Under the pieces are notes generated by a model, which saw nothing but the letters and a program-made list of their open reading frames with translations, had not been told where the DNA came from and searched no databases. A stretch of DNA of 64,000 bases from an uncultured Chloroflexia bacterium (GTDB taxonomy: Bacteria > Chloroflexota > Limnocylindria > Limnocylindrales > CSP1-4), in NCBI GenBank assembly GCA_963721655.1, contig CAVRKH010000006.1, positions 151,986-215,985 on the forward strand. Reading direction: 5' to 3'. A program made the position numbers and the translations under genes. How positions within the stretch are numbered: position 1 is the stretch's first letter; the number at the start of each line of letters is the position of its first letter. Of the stretch, positions 24,410 through 32,153 are shown in pieces.

Positions 24410-25597
24410 GCGCGGGGCTGCGACGCGAGCCGCCCATCGATCTCGAGGAGGTCGGCGAGAACGAGGTCCTGGCTGCCCGGATCCGCGCGGAGATTGAAGC
24501 AGCCGGCCCGATGACGTTCGCGCGCTTCATGGAGCTCGCGCTGTACGACCCGGATGGCGGCTACTACCGCGGAGCGGAGCCGCGACCGGGGCGGAGCGGC
24601 GATTTCCTGACCGCACCCGAGGCGCACCCGATCTTCGGACAGGCGGTGGCCAACCAGCTGGTCGAGGTCTGGGAACGACTCGATCGCCCCGCGCCCTTCG
24701 TCGTCCGCGAACACGGAGCCGGCGCCGGGACCCTCGCCGAGGCCATCCTGCGCCGGCTCGAGCGGGCGCGGCCGGAGCTGCTTGCCGTCCTGCGCTACGT
24801 GCCCGTCGAGATCGATACGCGGCGCGTCGAAGCGTTCGGCGAGCGGCTGTCCGCGGCGGGCTTCGCGGACCGCATCGCGCCGGCGCGGCGACGATCGCCC
24901 GTTCACGGGTGTCGTGCTCGCGAACGAGGTCCTCGATGCGCTGCCCGTCCACCGCATTGGGGTCCGGGATGGCTCGCTGGCCGAACGCTTCGTGGCAGTG
25001 GGCGCCGACGGCCAACTGGTCGACGCCTGGGGCCCGCCCTCGACGGCGGCGCTCGGCGAACGGCTGCAGGCCGACGGCGTGCGGCTTGCCGAAGGCCAGT
25101 CGGGCGAGGTCTGCCTCGCGCTCGACCGCTGGATCGCGGATGCGGTGCAGTCGCTGGAGCGTGGTCTCCTGCTGCTGATCGATTACGGGGCCCTTGCCTC
25201 GGAGCTGTACGACGCCGTGCGGCGGCCGCAGGGCACGGTCCGCGCGTTCATCAGGCACCGCGTCAGCGACGATCTCTACGGCCACATCGGCCGCCAGGAC
25301 CTGACCGCGCACGTCGATCTGACGGCGCTGGGCGCAGCCGCGAGGGCCGTCGGGCTGGCGCCTGTCGGCGAGACCTCGCAGGCGGAGTTCCTGATCGGCA
25401 ACGGCGCGGAGGCCCTGCTGCAGGAGGTGCAGGCAGATCCGGAGACGACCCTCGCCGCTTATGTCGAGCTGCGATCCGCGTTGATGCGCCTCATCGACCC
25501 GGCCGGCATGGGCGGGTTCCGCGTGACGGCCTTCGGTCGTGCCTGGCCCGCCGGTCCGCCGCTCGCCGGGTTCGCGTACCGAGGACCGCGCCGCTGA
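24400..25597 (+). CDS. MidA/NDUFAF7-family (DUF185) SAM-dependent methyltransferase; frame broken by one extra base near 24886
   Basis: MTFARFMELALYDPDGGYYR...GDFLTAPE.HPIFG...EHGAGAGTLA, then in the +1 frame GDDRPFTGVVLANEVLDALPVHR...GEVCLALDRW...LLLIDYG...QDLTAHVDLT. 1198 nt equals 3n+1. Confidence 0.75.
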
Positions 25598-25845
25598 CGG
25601 GTGGACGCCACCGCAACCATCGGGACCGCACTACGGCACCTGCCCTATTGCGGAGCCCATCCGATGTTGCGACGCTCCCCTCGGTCGCTGCGACCACGGC
25701 TCGAGGAGCGGAGGGCGATCCCGGCACGCGCGCTCGACGCGCTCCGCTCCGGAGCCTTTTCCCACGGGCGCCAGACGCGCCTGAGGCCACCTGCCCGCCC
25801 GGCTTCCGGGCGCCCGCACCGGCCAGCAGCCCAACCGCGGCCCAC

Positions 25846-25854
25846 TGCTAGAAT
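25846..25854 (+). promoter_or_regulatory. extended -10 promoter candidate (TGcTAGAAT) upstream of nuoA
   Basis: TGCTAGAAT at 25846-25854, about 95 nt upstream of the nuoA TTG start. No good -35 element. Confidence 0.35.
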
Positions 25855-25949
25855 GAGCTTGTTTCGTGGTGCCTCTCGATCGGGGCGTGCCTGCCCGCGC
25901 GACAGCGTTCCGAACCGACTGAGTCCCACGTCGCTCCAGGGGAGTTCAG

Positions 25950-26306
25950 TTGGAAGCGCTCTGGTACATCTTGGGCTTCGCCTTCGCCGGGGTTTCCTTC
26001 GTGTTCCTGACGATCGGCGCGGCCTGGCTGGTTACGCACCGCAACCGGGGTGACGTCCACAAGGGCCTCCCGTACGAGTCGGGCATCGACACGTACGGCG
26101 ACACCCACGGCCGATTCGGCCTCTCCTTCTACATCTACGCACTGCTGTTCGTGGCGTTCGACATCGAGGTGGTCTTCATCTTCGTGTGGGCGCTCACGTT
26201 CAGGGAGTTGCTCCTCGGTGGGTTCGTCAGCATGCTGATCTTTGTCGTCGTCGTCCTGCTCGGGCTGTTCTATGCGGTCCGCAAGGGTGCCCTCACATGG
26301 CACTGA
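25950..26306 (+). CDS. nuoA: NADH-quinone oxidoreductase subunit A
   Basis: PYESGI...F...[18 protein letters not shown] motif. 118 aa, TTG start after GGGGAG. Confidence 0.85.
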   Translation: MEALWYILGFAFAGVSFVFLTIGAAWLVTHRNRGDVHKGLPYESGIDTYGDTHGRFGLSFYIYALLFVAFDIEVVFIFVWALTFRELLLGGFVSMLIFVVVVLLGLFYAVRKGALTWH

Positions 26307-27001
26307 GCGACAAGACGCCGGGCGCTGCGAGCGCCCTCGTCGTTCCGGAGCCGGCCGACGTCGTCGAGCCGCTCATCGTCCCCAACACCTTCTGGACCTC
26401 GAGCGCACCCGGCGCGTACGTGGGCGGCCACGAGCCCGACCACACGCACCTCGCGCAGCTCGAGACCGACGAGGCCTCGCGCCGCGACAACGCGCGCTGG
26501 AGCGGCCCGCTCGAGATCATCCCGACCAAGGCCGACTATGTCCTCGACCTGATCCGGATGAACTCGCTGTGGCCGCTGCTGTCCGGGCTGGCGTGCTGCG
26601 CGATCGAGATGATGTCGACCGCCACGTCGCGCAACGACCTCGACCGATGGGGCCACTTCCCGTTCCGCGCCAGCCCTCGCCAGGCCGACGTGCTGATCGT
26701 TGCCGGGACGCTGACCACGAAGATGGCCGGCCCGTTGATCCGGCTCTGGGAGCAGATGCCCGAGCCCAAGTGGTGCGTCGCGCTCGGCGACTGCACCTGC
26801 TCGGGTGGCCGCTACAAGCGCAGCTATTCGACCGTGGAGGGCATCGACCGGGTCATGCCGGTTGACGTCTACATCCCCGGCTGCCCGCCGCGGCCCGAGG
26901 GGCTGATGTACGGGATGATGAAGCTCCAGCAGCTCGTCAAGCAGCGCCGGGGCCACTGGCCGGAGCGGGCGATCGGGCCCACCGTTCCGCAGGACGTCTA
27001 G
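26297..27001 (+). CDS. nuoB: NADH-quinone oxidoreductase subunit B with an N-terminal extension of about 85 aa
   Basis: [44 protein letters not shown] and [12 protein letters not shown] (N2 cluster ligands). Confidence 0.9.
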   Translation: MALSDKTPGAASALVVPEPADVVEPLIVPNTFWTSSAPGAYVGGHEPDHTHLAQLETDEASRRDNARWSGPLEIIPTKADYVLDLIRMNSLWPLLSGLACCAIEMMSTATSRNDLDRWGHFPFRASPRQADVLIVAGTLTTKMAGPLIRLWEQMPEPKWCVALGDCTCSGGRYKRSYSTVEGIDRVMPVDVYIPGCPPRPEGLMYGMMKLQQLVKQRRGHWPERAIGPTVPQDV

Positions 27002-27570
27002 TGGATCGACGCTTCAAGACGCGACTCGAAGCGCGCTTCGAGGATCGCCTGACCGGCCCGGTCCGGCAGCGCCATGACGAGACCGAGATCCGGATCCGGC
27101 CCGGCGACGTCGTGCCGGTCATGACCGAGCTCCACGACGATCCCGAGTTCCGCTTCGAGTTCCTCGCCGACCTTGCCGGCGTGGATACGGGCGAGGCGAT
27201 GCAAGCGGTCTACCACCTGTGGAGCGACACCACGCCGGACTGGCTGCGGGTGATCGTCGACGGCCTGTCGCGCGACGATCCGCGGGTCCCGTCGCTCACC
27301 TTCCTGTGGCCGGGCGCCGAGTGGATGGAGCGCGAGGCGTACGACATGTTCGGCATGATCTTCGAGGGCAACCGCGACCTCCGTCGGATCTACATGCCAC
27401 CCGAGTACACGAGCTTCCCGCTGCGCAAGGACTTCCACCTGCCGGACGACGCAGCCCGCTCGCCGGGTGCCGGCTCGCGCCACATGGAGCAGACGCACCT
27501 GCCGACGAACAACCCGAGCGCGGCTGTCCGCCGCCTGCCCGGCTCGCGGCAGCTGCCGGCGAAGCCATGA
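27001..27570 (+). CDS. nuoC: NADH-quinone oxidoreductase subunit C
   Basis: LADLAGVD...YHLWS and WPGAEWMEREAYDMFGMIFEGNRDLRRI. The GTG start overlaps the nuoB stop by 1 nt. Confidence 0.85.
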   Translation: MDRRFKTRLEARFEDRLTGPVRQRHDETEIRIRPGDVVPVMTELHDDPEFRFEFLADLAGVDTGEAMQAVYHLWSDTTPDWLRVIVDGLSRDDPRVPSLTFLWPGAEWMEREAYDMFGMIFEGNRDLRRIYMPPEYTSFPLRKDFHLPDDAARSPGAGSRHMEQTHLPTNNPSAAVRRLPGSRQLPAKP

Positions 27571-28784
27571 CGACGACCCAACGGCCGTCGGCCGACGATC
27601 CGCGCATCCTGCTCGACCAGGAGGCCGGCGTCTTCGAGCCCGTCCCGCCCTACCCGCCGCGAACCGAACGCGAGGCCGAGTTCTACACGCTCGGGGACGG
27701 CGAGATGTTCCTCAACATGGGGCCCCAGCATCCGTCGACCCACGGCGTGCTTCGGGTGGTGCTCAAGATCCAGGGCGAGAACGTCGTCGACCTCGACCCG
27801 GTCCTCGGCTATCTCCACCGTGGCGTCGAGAAGCTCGCCGAGAACGCCGACTACCACCAGGTCATCAGCCAGGTTGACCCGCTCGAATACGTCAGCTCGC
27901 TGTTCAACGAGTGGGGCGCGGTCCTGAGCTTCGAGAAGCTGCTCGACGTCGAGGTCCCGCGCCGCGCCGAGTACATCCGGGTGCTCTCCGCGGAGCTCAA
28001 CCGGATCGCCAGCCACTCCCTGTTCCTGGGCTGGATGGCGCTCGATCTCGGCGGCCTGACGCCGATCCTGTGGTCGTTCATCGAGCGAGACGAGATCGTC
28101 GAGATGCTCGCCTCGCTGACCGGCCAGCGGATGCTCTTCAACTATTTCCGCATCGGCGGCGTCAACGGCGACCTCAACCACGACTTCATGAGCCGGCTCG
28201 GCAACTGGATGAGCCACGCGACCGAGCAGATCGAGGCCGGCCAGGGCCTCCTGAACGAGAACGAGATCTTCGTCCGGCGGATGCGCGGCCTCGGTACGAT
28301 CGATACGGCGACGGCGCTGCGGATGTGCTTCACGGGGCCGAACCTGCGCGCCACCGGCGTCCCGTTCGACATCCGCCGCGCCCATCCGTACTCGGTCTAC
28401 CCCGAGCTCGACTTCGACATCCCGACCCGGGACGAGGGCGACAGCCTGGCGCGCTACCTGCTTCGGATGGAGGAGGTCAAGCAGAGCCTGCGGATCATCG
28501 ACCAGTGCTTGCACCAGATGCCGGATGGCCCGGTGATCGCCAAGCTGCCGCGCCTGCTTCGGCCCCGCCCCGGCCGTGCCTACGCGGCGGTCGAGAGCCC
28601 GCGCGGCCAGTACGCCACGTACGTCGTCAGCGACGGCACCGACCAACCCTTCCGGATGCAGAATCCATGATCCCTCGTACATTCATCTGCAGTCAGTTGG
28701 TCTGTTGATGAAGGGAATCTCATCGCAGACACGATGGCGATCATGGCGAGCCTCGACCCGATCATGGGCGGGGTCGACAAATGA
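27567..28784 (+). CDS. nuoD: NADH-quinone oxidoreductase subunit D; the C-terminus is disrupted by a +1 / -1 pair of frame changes at about 28659 and 28714
   Basis: NMGPQHPSTHGVLRVVL, GYLHRGVEKLAEN and RIGGV. The expected C-terminus PFRM-RIHDPSYIHLQSVGLLMKG-NLIADTMAIMASLDPIMGGVDK is recovered only by reading 28660-28716 in the +1 frame. The stop at 28782-28784 overlaps the nuoH ATG. Confidence 0.85.
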
Positions 28785-30142
28785 CGGTCGTTGGGAGGAC
28801 GTGGAGCCGGCTGACGCTGCCGGGGAAGGTCGTCTTCACGGTCGTTCCGCTGCTCGCGGTCCTGACGATCGCGGGCGCCTTCGCCATCGCGCTGGTCGCC
28901 CAACCGGTCATCGACATCATCGTGGCGAACCTGGCGATCGCGCGGTTCGTCGTGGCCGCCACGATCATCCTGCTCATGACAGTGCCGACGGCCTTCCTGA
29001 TCATCTACCTCGAGCTGAAGGTCATCGCCCAGATGAACCTGCGGATCGGCCCGGATCGCGTCGGGCCATTCGGCTCGCTGCTGTCGGTCGTGCCGGGCCT
29101 CAAGGTCCTGGCGAAGGAGGACTTCACCCCGACCGGCGCGGACGCGATCGTGTTCACGTGGGCGCCGGTCGTGGTCTACCTGACCAGCGTGATGACCCTG
29201 CTCGTCATCCCGTTCGCGCCGGACGGCGTGGTCGGCGCGAGCTTCAACCTGGGGCTGCTGTACTTCTTCGCGATCAGTGGGCTGTCGGTCGTCGGGCTGC
29301 TGATGGGCGGCTGGTCGAGCTTCAACAAGTACTCGCTGCTCGGCGGCCTGCGCTCGGCGGCGTCGGTCGTGAGCTACGAGATCCCGCTCGTGCTGTCCGT
29401 CGTGGGCGTGATCCTGATCGCCGGCACGATGGACCTGACGGTCATCGTCCGGAACCAGGCGGGCTGGTTCACCGACTGGTACATCTGGCAGCAGCCGCTG
29501 GCATTCCTCATCTTCTTCATCGCCGCGACCGCCGAAGCGAACCGCACCCCATTCGACCTGACCGAGGCGGACTCCGAGATCGTCGCCGGCTTCGCCACCG
29601 AGTACTCCGGGATGCGCTTCGGGTTCTTCTTCTTCGCCGAGTACGTGAACGTCTTCATCATCTCGGCCCTGATCGTGACGCTGTTCTTCGGCGGCTGGAA
29701 CGCGCCAATCGCGTGGCCCGCGGAGTGGGCGATCACCTTGTCGATCAATCCCGGGTCGCTCGGGATCGCCCTGCTGCTCATCGTGCTGATCGTCCCGCTC
29801 GTCCTGACGCTCGTGTTCGCGACGCCACTGTGGCTCATCAGCTCGCGCATCAAGACCTGGCAGGCGCTGCTCGGCGGCTTCGTGCTCGCCAACCTGTTCG
29901 TGATCGGGGTCATCTTCGGGATCGCCTACATCGGCCTCGCCTGGGTGGCCGGCCTGCTCTGGTTCCTCCTCAAGACGTACTTCTTCGTGTTCACCTTCGT
30001 GTGGATGCGTGGGACCCTGCCGCGTGTCCGCATCGACCAGCTGATGAACTTCGCCTGGAAGTGGTTGATGGAGCTCGCGTTCATCAACATCTTCGTGACG
30101 GCAGGCGCGATCATCCTCATCGAGTACCTGAGGCGCCCGTGA
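28781..30142 (+). CDS. nuoH: NADH-quinone oxidoreductase subunit H (long form, 453 aa)
   Basis: RIGPDRVGPFG, NKYSLLGGLRSAA..VSYEI, EANRTPFDL.EA.SEIVAGF.TEYSGMRF and VWMRGTLPRVRIDQLM. Confidence 0.9.
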   Translation: MTVVGRTWSRLTLPGKVVFTVVPLLAVLTIAGAFAIALVAQPVIDIIVANLAIARFVVAATIILLMTVPTAFLIIYLELKVIAQMNLRIGPDRVGPFGSLLSVVPGLKVLAKEDFTPTGADAIVFTWAPVVVYLTSVMTLLVIPFAPDGVVGASFNLGLLYFFAISGLSVVGLLMGGWSSFNKYSLLGGLRSAASVVSYEIPLVLSVVGVILIAGTMDLTVIVRNQAGWFTDWYIWQQPLAFLIFFIAATAEANRTPFDLTEADSEIVAGFATEYSGMRFGFFFFAEYVNVFIISALIVTLFFGGWNAPIAWPAEWAITLSINPGSLGIALLLIVLIVPLVLTLVFATPLWLISSRIKTWQALLGGFVLANLFVIGVIFGIAYIGLAWVAGLLWFLLKTYFFVFTFVWMRGTLPRVRIDQLMNFAWKWLMELAFINIFVTAGAIILIEYLRRP

Positions 30143-30813
30143 GCTTCGTACCTGGACTCGGCATCGTGAAGGGCATGGCGCTGACGCTGCGTCGCTTCTT
30201 CGAGCCGAAGGTGACGGTCAAGTACCCCGAGGAGCGGTACGTGGTCGCGCCGAAGTTCCGCGGACGGCTGCAGCTGCTGTACGACGAGTGGGGCACGCTC
30301 AAGTGCGAGACCTGCTTCCAGTGCGCCCAGGCGTGCCCGATCGAGTGCATCGACATGGGCGGCGTCGACTCGCGCGGTCGCTACCACGTCCACTGGGGTC
30401 CGCCCGAGACGTACGGGGAGCGGCGCGAGGAATCGGCGCTGCGCCGCTCGGGCCGGCCCGTCCCTGACGCGGCCTACCGCCATTTCCAGCCCGTCGACCT
30501 GGCCGCCGTCGACGAGATCCTCGACGACGTCGACTACGACCCGAAGCGGATGCTCGAGATCCTCGAGGCCACGCAGGGTGTCTACGGCTACCTGCCGGTC
30601 GCGGCGCTGAAGCGGATCAGCCAGAAGACCGGGGCGTGGTACGCGATGATCTACGGCACGGCCACGTACTACGGGCACCTCCGCTTCGAACCGGCCGAGG
30701 ACACGGAGCAGGCCGCTGCGATCGACCGGAACCGTCCACCCGAAGCGTCGTATGTCGCTGCGCTCGGGGCCTCACTTGCAGGCGTCCCGCGCGGCGCTCC
30801 GCCGGCGGCCTGA
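30139..30813 (+). CDS. hybrid Fe-S protein: NuoI-like N-terminal half (a single Cys motif) fused to a NuoE-like N-terminal helical segment
   Basis: LTLRRFFEPKVTVKYPEERYVVAPKFRGRLQL...CETCFQCAQACPIECI is NuoI-like, but no second CxxCxxCxxxCP motif is found in any frame. RMLEILEATQGVYGYLPVAALKRISQKTGAWYAMIYGTATYYGHLRF is NuoE-like, with no thioredoxin-like 2Fe-2S domain. The GTG start overlaps the nuoH stop (GTGA). Confidence 0.6.
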   Translation: MSFVPGLGIVKGMALTLRRFFEPKVTVKYPEERYVVAPKFRGRLQLLYDEWGTLKCETCFQCAQACPIECIDMGGVDSRGRYHVHWGPPETYGERREESALRRSGRPVPDAAYRHFQPVDLAAVDEILDDVDYDPKRMLEILEATQGVYGYLPVAALKRISQKTGAWYAMIYGTATYYGHLRFEPAEDTEQAAAIDRNRPPEASYVAALGASLAGVPRGAPPAA

Positions 30814-30815
30814 CC

Positions 30816-32153
30816 ATGGTCAACCGGCTGTCCACGCCGTCCGGCTGGCCGGCGATCCTGCTGGAGCGCGCCGACGCCCCGGATCCGACCGACCTCGATG
30901 CGGCCGTCGCCGCTGGTGCGTTCGAGGGCATGCGCCGCGCGATCCGCGATCTCGGCCCGACGGGCACGATCGCGACCGTTGCGGCGTCCGGGTTGCGCGG
31001 CCGGGGTGGCGCGGGCTTCCCGACGGGCGAGAAGTGGCGTGCCGCCGCGTCGGTCGAGGCACCCCGCCGGTATGTCGTCGCCAACGGCTATGGCGCAGAT
31101 CCCGCGACGTTCACCGATCGCGCGCTGCTCGAGCTCGACCCGTATTCGGTGGTCGAGGGGACCGCGATCGCGGCCTACGCGATCGGCGCGAGCGAGGCGT
31201 TCATCGCGGTCCGCGCGGAGCAGATCGAGGCCATCCGGCGCCTCGAGGCGGCCATCGCGGCCGCGGAGGAAGCCGGCTTTCTCGGCAGCGACGTGCACGG
31301 CTCCGGCCATGACATCGACGTGCGTCTTCGGCCGGTCCAGGGCGCGTACATGCTCGGCGAGGAGACCGTCCTGCTGAAGGCCCTTGAGGGGAAGCGCGGC
31401 CAGCCGGAGCAGCGTCCGCCGTATCCCACCGAGCGCGGCCTGTTCGACATGCCGACGGTCGTCCAGAACGTGCAGACGCTGGCCGCGATCCCGTGGATCG
31501 TGCGCAACGGGCCCGCGGCGTTCACCGCGATCGGCGGCAAGAGCAGCCCGGGCACGGTCCTCGTCCAGGTCCGCGGACCGGGTACCGAGGGCATCGCCGA
31601 GGTTCCGCTGGCCACGCCGCTTCGCGAGATCGTGGCCCTGGCCGGCAAGCTGCCGAGGGGCCGAAAGGTCAAGGCACTGCTCGTCGGCGGGCCGTCCGGG
31701 GGCCTGCTCCCGCCGGACCTGCTCGACACTCCCTACGACTTCGAGTCGCTGCGCGCGGCAGGGGCCCACCTCGGCTCCGGGTCGGTGGTGATCGCCGACG
31801 ACCGTGCGTGCGTCGTGGACCTCGCTCGCCTGCTGACCCGGTTCTGCTCGAGCGAAGCGTGCGGCAAGTCGATCCCGTGCCGCATCGGCACGCGCCGGAT
31901 CGCGGAGATCGGCGACCGGATCGTCGAAGGCCGGCCACGCCAGAACGACCTCGGCATCCTCGCCGACCTGTCGGCGGACATCGTCGGCTCCGCCCTGTGC
32001 GACCACGAGCGTCTTGCAACGCTTCCGTGGGGGAGCGGAATGCGATACTTCAGGGCAGAGCTCGACGATCATCTCCTCCGCAGCTCCTGCCCGGCGCGTG
32101 TCTGCCAGCCCATCAAGATCGCCGCCGGCAAGACCCCAGTGAAGGCATCCTGA
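30816..32153 (+). CDS. nuoF: NuoF-like NADH dehydrogenase flavoprotein subunit (variant N3 cluster motif)
   Basis: GLRGRGGAGFPTGEKW, GAYMLGEETVLLKALEGKRGQPEQRPPYPTERGLF and PTVVQNVQT. The cluster motif reads FCSSEACGKSIPCRIG rather than ESCGKCxPCR. Confidence 0.85.
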   Translation: MVNRLSTPSGWPAILLERADAPDPTDLDAAVAAGAFEGMRRAIRDLGPTGTIATVAASGLRGRGGAGFPTGEKWRAAASVEAPRRYVVANGYGADPATFTDRALLELDPYSVVEGTAIAAYAIGASEAFIAVRAEQIEAIRRLEAAIAAAEEAGFLGSDVHGSGHDIDVRLRPVQGAYMLGEETVLLKALEGKRGQPEQRPPYPTERGLFDMPTVVQNVQTLAAIPWIVRNGPAAFTAIGGKSSPGTVLVQVRGPGTEGIAEVPLATPLREIVALAGKLPRGRKVKALLVGGPSGGLLPPDLLDTPYDFESLRAAGAHLGSGSVVIADDRACVVDLARLLTRFCSSEACGKSIPCRIGTRRIAEIGDRIVEGRPRQNDLGILADLSADIVGSALCDHERLATLPWGSGMRYFRAELDDHLLRSSCPARVCQPIKIAAGKTPVKAS

